A DNA stretch of 42,809 nucleotides from Octopus bimaculoides (taxonomy: Eukaryota): positions 10,621,807 through 10,664,615 of the forward strand of contig NC_068987.1 in NCBI RefSeq assembly GCF_001194135.2. Reading direction: 5' to 3'. Made by a program: the position numbers and the translations under genes. Position 1 is the first letter of the stretch; the number at the start of each line of letters is the position of its first letter. Below, piece by piece: positions 11,631-24,049 of this stretch. Below the pieces are notes generated by a model. That model worked only from the letters and a program-made list of their open reading frames with translations. It did no database searches and had not been told where the DNA came from.

Positions 11631-11818
11631 CAGGGGCATGGCTAGGGTAAATGGTGCCCAGGTCAAGCATCAAAATTACGCCGCCACCCCAACCAAAAAG
11701 GGGAAACTCACATAGAAATGGCTTAATTAGAAAATGATCTTGGCGAAAATTGCGCGGCCTGTCCCAAAGTGGTGCCCAATGCATGTGCCCTGTTTGCCCC
11801 ACCATAGCTATGCCCTTG
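11631..11818. mobile_element. hAT-type MITE, 188 bp
   Basis: Imperfect 18-bp TIRs CAGGGGCATGGCTAGGGT / ACCATAGCTATGCCCTTG; perfect 8-bp TSD GTAAGAAT at 11623-11630 and 11819-11826. Confidence 0.9.
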
Positions 11819-11852
11819 GTAAGAATAGGAGAGGAGTTAGAATAAGAAAGTT

Positions 11853-11932
11853 GACGAGCTGGCAGAAACGTTAGCACACTGGGCGAAATGCTTAGCGGTA
11901 TTTCGTCTGCCGTTACGTTCTGAGTTCAAATT
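11853..11932 (+). mobile_element. Family B SINE head (3'-truncated), followed by (ATTCTTT)n
   Basis: GACGAGCTGGCAGAAACGTTAGCAC...GTTCTGAGTTCAAATT. Confidence 0.9.
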
Positions 11933-11991
11933 ATTCTTTTATTCTTTCATTCTTTTATTATTTTATTCTTTCGTTCTTTTATTCCTTTATT

Positions 11992-12540
11992 AGTGATGGC
12001 GCTATTAACTTCTATTCATCACCCCACGTGGTCTCAGACTCTACAAGGCCTACATCGAGTGCAGGAGGAGGCAGTGCTAACCTGAGTCAAGTGGCTGGCT
12101 GCTGGAAAACTCTATGTCTGGCAACAGGAATCTGCACCGTGCCACACAAGCATGAGAACCCAATCATGGCTCTCAGACAATTTGTGCAACCACATCACCC
12201 CTGACATCTGGTCACCTAACTCCCCAATCTCTGCAACCCCCTTGATTATTATGTGCGGGGCGCAGTTGAGCAAGAGACAAACAAAACTGATGAACTGAAA
12301 ACAAGGATTATGGCAGCATTCACCAATGTAAACAAGGAGACCGTCCAGAAGAGTTGCAGAAGATTCTGAAGCCGTCTGGAGGCCATGGTTGAAGCCAATA
12401 GCGATTTTATTGAATAAATTTACTGTTTAGTATTCCAAGATATTTTTATATAATTTTAGTAAATATATCTGTTAAAATGAGATGTCAGTGTTATTTTCGT
12501 TTTTGCGTAATTTAGATGGCAGGTTATTCAATGCACCCTG
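11992..12540 (+). pseudogene. Tc1/mariner transposase 3' remnant with right TIR (probably DD37D/maT-like)
   Basis: Frameshifted translation YVWQQESAPCHTSMRTQSWLSDN...DIWSPNSP..CNPLDYYVRGAVEQETN...CRRF*SRLEAMVEANSDFIE* (stop 12415-12417); terminus TGCACCCTG at 12540. Confidence 0.9.
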
Positions 12541-12599
12541 CGTGCAGATATGCATGCACATGTCTGTATATAGTGTACATCTAGGACACTAGTTGTGTT

Positions 12600-12800
12600 G
12601 TTAAAGTGGTGGACTTTAAGCTGTTAATCTCTAATCAGAAGTTCAAATCTTACTGCCGTTGTTGAACTGCGATGCAAAGCAAAGTTTCTGGCTGTTCCTA
12701 ATGAATAGAAAACAGGTTTCACATCCACTTCATGACATCCAGCTGTGAAAACAAATACTGCAGAAAATAAACCATCCCACCCAAGATTAGTTGAGAAAAT
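12600..12800 (+). mobile_element. Very old SINE-like remnant with RTE-type tail motif
   Basis: AGAAGTTCAAATC B-box-like; GACATCCAGCTGTGAAAAC resembles GGCATCCAGCTGTAGAAAC of the RTE 3' UTR. Confidence 0.4.
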
Positions 12801-13418
12801 GGATAGAAAGCTGTATATGCATATATACATGCATACATACATACATACATACACATATGCATATGCAAATAGATATATATACACATATATATATATATGT
12901 GTGTACACATACACACACTCACGGACACATGCATATATANNNNNNNNNNNNNNNNNNNNNNNNNNNNNNNNNNNNNNNNNNNNNNNNNNNNNNNNNNNNN
13001 NNNNNNNNNNNNNNNNNNNNNNNNNNNNNNNNNNNNNNNNNNNNNNNNNNNNNNNNNNNTATATAGAGATAGATAGATACATACATACATACATACATAT
13101 ACACATATATACATGCACATACACACACACATATATATACATACAGAAACACAGATGTACATATACATAAATCAGTATGTGTGTGTGTATGCACATACAG
13201 GCACACACACACACATATATACACACACACACGCACATACACACACATACACACACAAACAAACACACAAACACATTTATACACATACACGCATATATAT
13301 AGATATATTAATACAATATCTTTATCAATACAATGATTGCTAAGATTAGACCTACTTCCTTTAACTTTAGAATTTAATTCTAAAGCAGAGGAAATTGGAC
13401 TGACTCTACAGAGGTCAT

Positions 13419-13450
<32 letters not shown>

Positions 13451-13989
13451 NNNNNNNNNNNNNNNNNNNNNNNNNNNNNNNNNNNNNNNNNNNNNNNNNN
13501 NNNNNNNNNNNNNNNNNNNNNNNNNNNNNNNNNNNNNNNNNNNNNNNNNNNNNNNNNNNNNNNNNNNNNNNNNNNNNNNNNNNNNNNNNNNNNNNNNNNN
13601 NNNNNNNNNNNNNNNNNNNNNNNNNNNNNNNNNNNNNNNNNNNNNNNNNNNNNNNNNNNNNNNNNNNNNNNNNNNNNNNNNNNNNNNNNNNNNNNNNNNN
13701 NNNNNNNNNNNNNNNNNNNNNNNNNNNNNNNNNNNNNNNNNNNNNNNNNNNNNNNNNNNNNNNNNNNNNNNNNNNNNNNNNNNNNNNNNNNNNNNNNNNN
13801 NNNNNNNNNNNNNNNNNNNNNNNNNNNNNNNNNNNNNNNNNNNNNNNNNNNNNNNNNNNNNNNNNNNNNNNNNNNNNNNNNNNNNNNNNNNNNNNNNNNN
13901 NNNNNNNNNNNNNNNNNNNNNNNNNNNNNNNNNNNNNNNNCCCCACCACCACCACCACAACCATTATCACCATCACCACCTCCACCACC

Positions 13990-14200
13990 ACCACCACCAC
14001 CACCACCACCATCATCATCATCATCGTCATCATCATGATCATTGTTTAACGTTTACCTTCCATGCTGCCATGATGAGTTGGATGGTTTGACAGGAGCCGG
14101 CCATGCAGAAAACTGTGCCAGGCCACTGTGTCTGTTTTGGCAGTGGTTTTTTTTTTTTTCATGGCTGGACGCCCTTCCTAACACCAACCAACCCACAAAT
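13990..14200 (-). mobile_element. RTE-type 3' end with (CAT)n tail
   Basis: CATCAT..GTTTAACGT..CCATGCTG...GGCTGGACGCCCTTCCTAACACCAACC. Confidence 0.8.
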
Positions 14201-14379
14201 GTGAGCTGTTTTTTTATGTGTTACCAGCACAGTTCAATGACTGAATATATTTGGAATACCTGCATCCTGGTTACTTACAACTTTTATGGGGTCCCCTTCT
14301 TTCATACGTTAACCCTTCATCTCCTAATATAAAGCAACCTTCCTCTAAGCTGTAGCCCCACTCTGTCAAACGAGATCTT

Positions 14380-14600
14380 TGTCATGTGAGCCACATGGCA
14401 ACCTCACAAATGCTGAGACTTGGCAAAAGAAGCACCCACTTCGTTCTGTAAAAGGGCTGCCATTGGAAAGGACTCCCGATTATAAGGAACCATGTCAAAA
14501 TAGATGGTAGGGCATGACGCTGTCCCTGGACCCATAGGAACCTGTCAAGCTGTCCAACCGATGTCAGCATGGAGGAAAGATGGGCATTAAGTGACATCAT
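14380..14600 (+). mobile_element. Old RTE-tailed non-autonomous element 3' end
   Basis: CACATGGCAACCTC...AAGCACCC...CTGTCAAGCTGTCCAACCGATGTCAGCATGG then GAT tract. Confidence 0.7.
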
Positions 14601-14615
14601 CAACAATAAAGACAG

Positions 14616-15320
14616 TCATGATGAAGATGATGATGATGAGGAGGAGGAGGAGGATGATAATGATGATAGTGACGATAACGATGATGATGATGACAACAAT
14701 GATGACGACAACGACGATGATGATGGTGATGAGAGTGCTAACAACGATGATGAGGATGATGATAATGATGATGACAACGATGACGACAATGATGATAATG
14801 ATGATGAGAGTGATGACAATGATAATGACAATGATGATAACGATGATGATGATGATGTTGATGATGAGGATGATGAAGATGATGATGACAACGATGATGA
14901 CGACGACGATGATGATGATGATAATGATGATGACGATGATGATGGTGATGATGACAATGATGACGATGATGATGACGATGATGATGATGATANNNNNNNN
15001 NNGACGACGATGATGATGATGATAATGATGATGACGATGATGATGGTGATGATGACAATGATGACGATGATGATGACGATGATGATGATGATAATGATGA
15101 TGATGACAACGATGATGATGATGATGACGATGATGATAATGATGATGACGATGAAGATGATGATAACGGCAGCAGTGATGATGACAACAACAATGACAAC
15201 AAGGATGAGTAGGATGATGATGTTGATGATGATGATGATGACAATGGCACCAACGCAGATACCACCAACAATGATAATGATGAGGAGGATGATTGATGAC
15301 GATAATGATGACGCCGACAA
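14616..15320. repeat. Long (GAT/GAC)n microsatellite
   Basis: Direct reading; 10-N gap at 14993-15002. Confidence 0.95.
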
Positions 15321-15339
15321 CAGTAAATGATGGCTGTTA

Positions 15340-15945
15340 ATATTAAAATTCCGAGTTTAAAAGTCACATCTTCAAATAGTTCAATATATGGTTTCATATA
15401 CCATGGAAAATAGAAAATAGTTTATACTTTCATATAAAAATTGTTTATATTTATTTCTAAAATATTCAAGTTTTATGCTCTATAAATCTGATTGTTAATT
15501 TTTATAATGTTTGAATACATTTCAAATTTTTGGCAAAAATTAACAGACTAATTCACGGAACATAATACCTGAATATTCCAGAAGTATAACCAAATTTAAA
15601 CATGAAATCACAAAAGAATAAATTATTTATTTTCCATTTCCATGGTATTTCAAACAGCTTCACTTTTTGAATATGTTATTTTTTCTTCTTCTAAATGAGG
15701 AATTTTAATAACAAAAGCATTTTAATATATACTGTCAATTTGTTTTGTGTGAAATATAATTGTCTCCCAGTATTGTTATATAAACTGGTGGAGTACTTAA
15801 AGTAAACATGGTTTGATATCGATATATATATATATATATATAAATTGTGAAACAGTGATGGTGTAAATTATTTTATTCCTTCCATGGTGTATGAAACGAT
15901 ATTCTGTTTGAAGACGTGATTTTTAAATGAGGAACTTAATAACCT
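15340..15945. repeat. AT-rich degenerate inverted-repeat (foldback/MITE-like) element
   Basis: 15340-15423 is an imperfect reverse complement of 15865-15942; related unit at ~15620-15712. Confidence 0.6.
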
Positions 15946-16052
15946 ATTGAAATTTCAGATAATTACTGCACAGTATTTACGGTCTGACACAGTGGTTCAC
16001 ATCCAGGGTCTATATGGCCCCTTGGAGACCATATAAGCTTTTGGGGATCTCA

Positions 16053-16056
16053 TCAC

Positions 16057-16093
<37 letters not shown>

Positions 16094-16655
16094 GTTTAAC
16101 GTCCATTTTCCAGGCTGGGTTGGACGGTTTGACTGAGGACTGGCATACCAGGAGGCCTCACCAGGCTCCAATTTGATCTGGCAATGTTTCTACAGCTGGA
16201 TGCCCTTCCTAACACCAACCCCTCCCAGAGTACAGTGGGTGCTTTTTATGTGCCACTGGCACAGGAGCCAGTCAGGCAGCACTGGCATCAGCCTCGTTCG
16301 GATGGTGCTTTTTTTACATGCTACCGACACAGGAGCCAGTTGGGGCAGGAGTGGGGGACCCTGGCATCGACCACATTCAGATGGTGCTTTTTATGTACCA
16401 GTCAGACGGTACTGGCAACGGCCCATGCATGAACGGCGCTTATTGCGTACCACCAGCATGGGAGCCAGTCAGGTGGCACTGCCATCGGCCACAACTACAA
16501 TTTCCATTTGATTGTGATTTGATTTGAATTTTGATTTTGATTTTACTTGACTCAATAGGTTTCCACAAGCACAGAAATTTGCCCGACAATTCAAAGGTAC
16601 TTTTTAAATGGGCTGGTTATACATATACAACACTGGTGTAGGCTACGGCTGTGAT
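16053..16655 (-). mobile_element. Non-autonomous RTE-tailed retroelement with internal ~66-70-bp minisatellite (about 4 units)
   Basis: (CAT)n tail, RTE 3' UTR motif CTACAGCTGGATGCCCTTCCTAA, repeated GATGGTGCTTTTTA...GGAGCCAGT...CTGGCATCG units. Confidence 0.88.
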
Positions 16656-16754
16656 CTCATTTTACGTAACAAAATAGAAAATTCGGGATCCACAATAGAA
16701 TTTTAAGGACCCCTAAAAAAAGTTTGCTTTCGATGTATGTATTGCTAAGTATTG

Positions 16755-16814
16755 CAAATTTGAATTCTTTGCCATCAAATTTGAATTTTTTGCAATCAAA
16801 TCTGAATTCTTTGC
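16755..16814. repeat. 21-bp tandem repeat x3 (CAAATTTGAATTCTTTGCMAT)
   Basis: Direct reading. Confidence 0.85.
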
Positions 16815-17029
16815 TTTGTGCCTATATCAAAAAGGATTGTGTGAGCAGTTATGGTGATACTCCTAGTTCTTTAAAAGATACTAATCAGGACTTTTATTGT
16901 TTTATTGTCCATTTATGTTGTCTAAACTAGCAAAGCCATCATCTCTTTACAAGCCTATATTTAAGGGTGTTAAATTTAGACTTAAGTTTATCAAGGATAA
17001 ATAATCCAACCAGATTACAAATCACCACT

Positions 17030-17074
17030 CTGTCAAATCAGCCTGTCAAATCAGCCTGTCAAATCAGCCTGTCA
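17030..17074. repeat. 13-bp tandem repeat CTGTCAAATCAGC x3.5
   Basis: Three perfect units plus CTGTCA. Confidence 0.95.
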
Positions 17075-17683
17075 TGTCAATTAACATATCCTTTGTATCT
17101 TTCACAGATGCTGATACTCTGCCAAAAAGAAGCAACTGTCTTGCATTGCAATCATTAGATTATGCCACCATTACATTCATCAGTATTACAATATGCCATA
17201 AATTTCAGATCCTTAGCGAAGAGTGGTCTAGAAATTGTCTGATAAAATTTGAAAAATATCTGACAGGGCAAATTCACATTTATTTTTATTACAAATGTTA
17301 TTAAATTAGTTAAATACTGTGCTGATACCATTGTTGCAATCAAGTGGCATTTCTAATTTTAGCATGAAAGCAGTTTAGTATAATCTTGTTAACTTTCTAA
17401 AGTTCACATTTACTAAGATTTATTTACTTACATTTGTAGGTTTATAAGGAGGTTCTCTTTGTGGTTCTTAAAGGTTATGTATGTTCTGTATTTGGCTAAA
17501 CACTGCGCTTTCTTATCTACCTTGTTTCATGGCAACTTTTTTTCCTTATAAATCTTATCATAGTATTTGTATTAAATTAACCTACTTGTACTTTAGAGTG
17601 ATATTTTTTATTTGTATATTCTGTGATATTACTATTACTATTATTGTCATTATTATTATTACTACTACTACTACTACTACTAC

Positions 17684-17719
<36 letters not shown>

Positions 17720-18430
17720 CCGTTGGATGTGTAATGTCAATGTGAATACCCGTCAGAGTGTAAGTATCTTGAGAGAAAAGCTGAACATTAGAAGCATCAG
17801 TTGTGGCGTGCAAGAGAGACGATTGCGCTGGTATGGACATGTGGTGAGAATGGAGGAGGATAGCTGCGTGAAAAAGTGCCACACCCTAACAGTTGAGGGA
17901 ACCCGTGGAAGAGGTAGGCCCAGGAAGACCTGGGCTGAGGTGGTGAGGCAAGACCTTCGTACATTGGGCCTCACCGAGGCGATGACNNNNNNNNNNNNNN
18001 NNNNNNNNNNNNNNNNNNNNNNNNNNNNNNNNNNNNNNNNNNNNNNNNNNNNNNNNNNNNNNNNNNNNNNNNNNNNNNNNNNNNNNNNNNNNNNNNNNNN
18101 NNNNNNNNNNNNNNNNNNNNNNNNNNNNNNNNNNNNNNNNNNNNNNNNNNNNNNNNNNNNNNNNNNNNNNNNNNNNNGGACTGGCTTGTGCGGGTGGCAC
18201 ATAAAAGACACCATTTCGAGCGTGGCCGTTTTCGTGCGGGTGACACGTAAAAGCACCCACTACACTCTCTGAGTGGTTGGCGTTAGGAAGGGCATCCAGC
18301 TGTAGAAACTCTGCCAAATCAGACTGGAGCCTGGTGTTGCCATCCGGTTTCACCAGTCCTCAGTCAAATCGTCCAACCCATGCTAGCATGGAAAGCGGAC
18401 GTTAAACGATGATGATGATGATGATGATGA
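17720..18430 (+). mobile_element. 5'-truncated young RTE-clade LINE (ORF2 C-terminus, 3' UTR, GAT tail) inserted in (ATT)n
   Basis: RWMCNVNV...ERRLRWYGHVVRMEEDSCVKKCHTLTVEGTRGRGRPRKTWAEVVRQDLRTLGL; tail GGACGTTAAACGATGATG; gap 17987-18177 inside. Confidence 0.93.
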
Positions 18431-18451
18431 TTATTATCATTATTAATATTC

Positions 18452-18484
<33 letters not shown>

Positions 18485-18679
18485 GGGATGCTGGGTGAGA
18501 TGCTTAATGGCATTTCATCCATTTTTACGTCCCGAGTTCAAATTCTGCCAAGGTCAACTTTGGCTTTCATCCTTTTCAGGTTCGATAAAAATAAGTACCA
18601 GTTGTCTACTGAGGCTAATAATATAATCAACTTACACACATTCCTGAACTTGCTGGCATTGCGCCAAAATTTGAAACCC

Positions 18680-18729
<50 letters not shown>

Positions 18730-18738
18730 GTTATTATT
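18485..18738 (+). mobile_element. Family B SINE with (TTA)n tail
   Basis: GAGTTCAAATTCTGCCAAGGTCAACTTTGGCTTTCATCC...AAGTACCAG...CAAAATTTGAAACCC. Confidence 0.85.
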
Positions 18739-18739
18739 G

Positions 18740-18935
18740 TAACTCTTAAAAACTGATGATGTCATTCCATCAACGTGTGGACGCTGGTTACTCTCGTTCA
18801 TACTTTACATTTAAATTTCTATAATTTTGAATTTTTATCACTTCTTATTTTGAACTTGACAAAGTTTGAAATATCGTTCAACTAATAAAATATCTTACAA
18901 TCGAATCATGTTCTTCGTTTTGACTGTTTACCTTT
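18740..18935 (+). mobile_element. Possible decayed Penelope-like terminal fragment
   Basis: CTGATGA at 18753-18759 followed by GTC...GGAC stem then G lacking AAA; downstream AATAAAA; bounded by (ATT)n. Confidence 0.3.
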
Positions 18936-18968
18936 GTTATTATTATAATTATTATTATTATTATTATG

Positions 18969-19010
<42 letters not shown>

Positions 19011-20699
19011 TGCTTCTTTTTGTCTTGTTGGAAAATTTATAGATTTTGTTAAGAGTTGTTAATGGCTGTTATGTCAGGCTTCAATTTATTCTTGAAATTA
19101 TTTCTTGTTTAATCCTTTTATATTCCACAATATGAAACTCAATATTGTCAAGAACCTCTTGAATCTAATCTAGAAACATTCCCTAACAGAATAGAAATAT
19201 TCTAAACAATTTAACCAGCAAATCTGAAAAGTCAGTTATAGTCATATGACTAATACAGGGGACAGCATCCCAGGTACTAGGTATCTCGAGCCACTAAATA
19301 GATGCTCCAAGCTCAATCAGTTCAGTGATTTTTATCTGAATAATCTCTCAATGTAAGGATTGGAGAAAATGACCATAACTACTAAAACAGTTATGCCCCT
19401 TTGACAATTTATGTAGAACTAAATCACTGATCACCCAAGTAATGGTGTCAGTTACAGGAGAAATACAACTACCAACATCATACATTGGAACATGTAGGAA
19501 CAGGTTCAAGAGGCAGTGCTTAAACTATGATTCCACCTTTAGTCATTCAGACAAAAGTAACAGTATTATTATCAAACCATGTACAGCACTTAGCATCTGG
19601 TAGTACTCAATATTACCTGGTCTCTAACATTTCATATTACCTGGTCTTTATTGAATGTCAGTAATTTCTGTGGCCTTTATGATGATAAGCAATAGTCTAA
19701 CCTCACCAAGACAGCTGATACTTTAAGTACAAAATCAGAGTTAACTTCTAAGTGCCACCATGAAAACAAGTTCATTCTTTCCCATCTCAACAGAACTGTA
19801 GAACCTGGCTAAAACAAATATAAGCACTAGAAAAACTGGAAGTTTATAAGCCATCAATTTGTATGCAAGACAAACTGGAAATCAGCATTATGTTGAATAA
19901 TACTAATAAGCTCTGACCAAGAGAAGTATTCAGTCTACTAACCAGCCTCATATGAGAATAAAGACATAAAATCCGGAGTAACGGAATGTTGTTTGCTGGA
20001 ACTATAACCTTATCTATTAAATATTTACTCTACTTAAAGTATTAAGTTCACCGTTACTTTGATCGTAACATTACCATGTGGGTAGTGAAGTTGATAGACA
20101 GAAATAGTACAAGTTTGTTGTGTGTGTGTGTGAGTGCATGTGTGAGTGTATGTGTGAGTGTATGTGTGTGTGTTAGTGCATGTATGTGTGTTTCTGTGCA
20201 TTGTGTGTGTGTGTGTGTGTGTGTGTGTGCTCTACATAAAATGTCTGTGAGCCATAATGAAGTTCATTTACATTTCTCTGACTGTAAATCATCCAGTAGT
20301 TTTTGTGCTTTCAAAGATGAGATAAATGAAAATTCCCAAACTTGAAAAAACATATAAAGGGTTAGATGTAGTGTGCAAAAAAAAAAAAAAAACAACACTG
20401 TACCGGGGTGGACATGTGAGGATGTGTATGCACGTATGTGTATGCAGGTGTATATCATTTCTCACTTCAGCTTTTCCTCAATGCCACTAATCTTTCTCAC
20501 TTCCCAGAACCATTTCCCTTTATAGCCATCCTTCATTTTTAATATGGCCCTCTCCACCCACGTTTTACATTGATCACACACCCCCACCTCTGAGTCATCA
20601 ACTAATTTCTCCTTCCACACCACTATACATCTCTCACTCTTCTCTTGTATTACATCTGCGTTACTTACCCTTACTCTTGTGACCTACCCAACCATGTGA

Positions 20700-20825
20700 C
20701 ATCTCTCACTGTCTCTGTGTGTATCTCTGTCTTTGTCTCTTTGTCTCTCTCTCTTTTTCTCTCTCTGTCTCTGTGTCTCTCTGTGAGTCTCTCTCTGTCT
20801 CTGTGTCTCTTTCTCTCCCTCTTTG

Positions 20826-20870
<45 letters not shown>

Positions 20871-20919
20871 GTCTATCTGTCTGTCTGTCTGTTTGTCTAT
20901 CTGTCTGTCTGTCTCTCGC

Positions 20920-20950
<31 letters not shown>
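20700..20950. repeat. (CT)n/(CTGT)n microsatellite
   Basis: Direct reading. Confidence 0.95.
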
Positions 20951-21540
20951 TCATACTCCTATGCATCACTGCTCACCTACCCATCCCTTATCTACCATTC
21001 GCTACATACAACCCTTAACCTTCTCCAATCTCTACAGTTGTCACCTACTCTTCCCTCAGCACTTCTTCATTCATTATATCCACCCTTTCACCCATTCCCC
21101 ATCTCCCACTCTCTCATGCACTCTTGCAATCTCTGCCCACACTTCAGGCTCCTTTGACCCTCTTCTACTTTAAAGGACCACCCAGACACCACCATTTTTA
21201 TCCCTTTCCAGTTCCACCCCAATCAGCCCCGCCAGGTAACCCCTCTACATCAAGAACCTGTTCTGCTTTGGCCCCTTCTCATACTTCTAGCCCCGGCCTC
21301 ATTATCTCCTTGCATAAAGTCACCTTTCTAAGGGTTCATGGCCTTGCAAGCTTCATGGCAACTTCACTAGTGCTGGTGCCATGGGAAACGCATCCAATGT
21401 CATTTTGGGAAGTGATTGGCATCAGAAAAGATATTCATGCAGAGAAATCATGCCAGAATAGACAATGAAACATGATGCAAGCCTTGGGGCTTTCGGATCC
21501 TATAAAATTTCCCAAACCATACCAGCATGGAACATTAATC
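20950..21540 (+). mobile_element. Old RTE-tailed non-autonomous element
   Basis: CATGGCAACTTCACTAGTGCTGGTGCC...GTGATTGGCATCAGAAAAG...CCAGCATGGAACATTAA matches 14380-14600 family. Confidence 0.6.
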
Positions 21541-21689
21541 CTCTTTGACCTGGATCCTTGTGTTTAACTTTTTTTCCTTCATTTGGGCTCCTGAGCAAAA
21601 AAAAAAAAATTAGTTGCATATATAGGCGCAGATATTGGATTGAAATGAACATCATTTCAGCAGCAAACCATAAGAATGTCTGATGCATT

Positions 21690-21925
21690 TCAGCATCCTT
21701 GAAGATAGAGGTGGCATTGGTAGTAGAGGTGGTGGTGGTGGTGGAGGTGGTGGTGGTGGTGATGATGATGGTCATGGTGGCGGTGAAGGTGGTGGTGAGG
21801 ATGATGATGATGATGATAATGCTGATGATGGTGGAGGTGGTGGTGAGGATGGTGATAATGATGATGATGAGGATGATGATGATGACGATAATGATGATGG
21901 TGGTGGTGGTAATGGGGGTGGTATT
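21690..21925. repeat. (GGT)n/(GAT)n microsatellite
   Basis: Direct reading. Confidence 0.95.
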
Positions 21926-22079
21926 AGATGTCGCAGTTGTATAACCCTTGGTCAACCACGGCTGAACAAGGACTATGATCAAAGACGTTCCAGATATCCG
22001 TAAGCATCCCATCTATTTTATGGACATCAACGACTATATTATGCGCTAAATGTATCCTGCCCTTTTCAGAAGACAAAAG

Positions 22080-22160
22080 AGTATAGAGCTTTGAGTTGAG
22101 ATTTGGCTGCTATTTCTACCCGGTCAAGCAGCATCATAGAAACTTCCTTGTTGGCTTGGT
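22080..22160 (+). repeat. Unclassified interspersed repeat fragment; inverted relative at ~36120-36180
   Basis: GAGATTTGGCTGCTATTTCTACCCGGTCAAGCAGC versus TGCTTGCCCTACTTAAATAGCAACGAATA. Confidence 0.4.
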
Positions 22161-24049
22161 CCAACTATCAAGGACACCTTTATGAGTAGTGGTGGTGGTG
22201 GCGGCGGCGGCGGCGGTGGTGGTGGCAGCAGCAGCAGCAGCAGCAGCAGTAGGAGGAGGAGATGGGGAAGGGGAGGGGGGAGGAGAGCGAGCAGGGTTTA
22301 GATGGTGCCTTTTACATAAAGGAACCCTCAGAAAAAAGGTAAACCTTGTGTGACAGGCTTAGATTTGCAAAGGAATGTACGTCTGCCTGTCTGCNNNNNN
22401 NNNNNNNNNNNNNNNNNNNNNNNNNNNNNNNNNNNNNNNNNNNNNNNNNNNNNNNNNNNNNNNNNNNNNNNNNNNNNNNNNNNNNNNNNNNNNNNNNNNN
22501 NNNNNNNNNNNNNNNNNNNNNNNNNNNNNNNNNNNNNNNNNNNNNNNNNNNNNNNNNNNNNNNNNNNNNNNNNNNNNNNNNNNNNNNNNNNNNNNNNNNN
22601 NNNNNNNNNNNNNNNNNNNNNNNNNNNNNNNNNNNNNNNNNNNNNNNNNNNNNNNNNNNNNNNNNNNNNNNNNNNNNNNNNNNNNNNNNNNNNNNNNNNN
22701 NNNNNNNNNNNNNNNNNNNNNNNNNNNNNNNNNNNNNNNNNNNNNNNNNNNNNNNNNNNNNNNNNNNNNNNNNNNNNNNNNNNNNNNNNNNNNNNNNNNN
22801 NNNNNNNNNNNNNNNNNNNNNNNNNNNNNNNNNNNNNNNNNNNNNNNNNNNNNNNNNNNNNNNNNNNNNNNNNNNNNNNNNNNNNNNNNNNNNNNNNNNN
22901 NNNNNNNNNNNNNNNNNNNNNNNNNNNNNNNNNNNNNNNNNNNNNNNNNNNNNNNNNNNNNNNNNNNNNNNNNNNNNNNNNNNNNNNNNNNNNNNNNNNN
23001 NNNNNNNNNNNNNNNNNNNNNNNNNNNNNNNNNNNNNNNNNNNNNNNNNNNNNNNNNNNNNNNNNNNNNNNNCATCATCATCGTCGTCATCATCTCTGAG
23101 AAGGACCAAACAAGGGTGGACGGTGGGGTGGGGGGAGTGGAGGAAGTGTGAAAAAGGAAAGGAGAGATAGAGAAAAATCACACACACACATGTAGACCCC
23201 CCCTCTCTATCACACACACACATACACACACACACACACTCGTGCGCACACCCTGTTTCTGTCTCTGTCTGTCTTTCTCTCTCTCTCATTCTCTCTTACT
23301 TTCTCACTCTCTCTGTCTCTTTCTCTCTCTCTCAAACTATTGAACATATGCTCCCCCCCACACACACACACATACAAAGATTCTCACACACACTCTTCTG
23401 TCTCTCTCTCACACACACGCACTCTCTCTCTGTATCTATCTACCTATCCATTACGCACGCACATACACACACACACACGTACACACAAAGACACAATCTC
23501 TCTCTCTCACACACACACCATTCTCTCTCTCTCTCTCTCTCTCTGTATCTATCTATCTCTCTATCTGTCACATGCACACACACACACACACAGATGTGCA
23601 CACACGCATGCAAAACTTCTTTNNNNNNNNNNNNNNNNNNNNNNNNNNNNNNNNNNNNNNNNNNNNNNNNNNNNNNNNNNNNNNNNNNNNNNNNNNNNNN
23701 NNNNNNNNNNNNNNNNNNNNNNNNNNNNNNNNNNNNNNNNNNNNNNNNNNNNNNNNNNNNNNNNNNNNNNNNNNNNNNNNNNNNNNNNNNNNNNNNNNNN
23801 NNNNNNNNNNNNNNGTATCTCCCCTTCCCCAGCACCTCCAACGCCACTCCATCCCCCTCTCCAAAAGAAGAAAAAAAAGACAAAAAAGAAACAAAGAAAA
23901 AGAAAACAAACAAAAACATTGCATACTTTAGAAGCCTGAAGTGGCAGAGGAGGGGGTAGCTAGAGTTCTGTGGAAACCTAACAAAAAAAAAGCAGGCATA
24001 ACCTTATACCATTACTAACAGGAGGAGCCTTTAAAATAGGGCACACTTG

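Noticed and set aside
12286-12302. CTGATGAACTGAAA
   Set aside because: Part of transposase coding sequence; no helices
14905-15095. Identical sequence either side of a 10-N gap
   Set aside because: Typical scaffolding overlap artefact
14569-15330. Asp-rich ORF resembling aspein-type biomineral proteins
   Set aside because: GAT tract grown from an RTE tail; the start codon lies within the retroelement end
19440-19600. Faint resemblance to Gypsy RNase H region
   Set aside because: Too few matching residues to support the call
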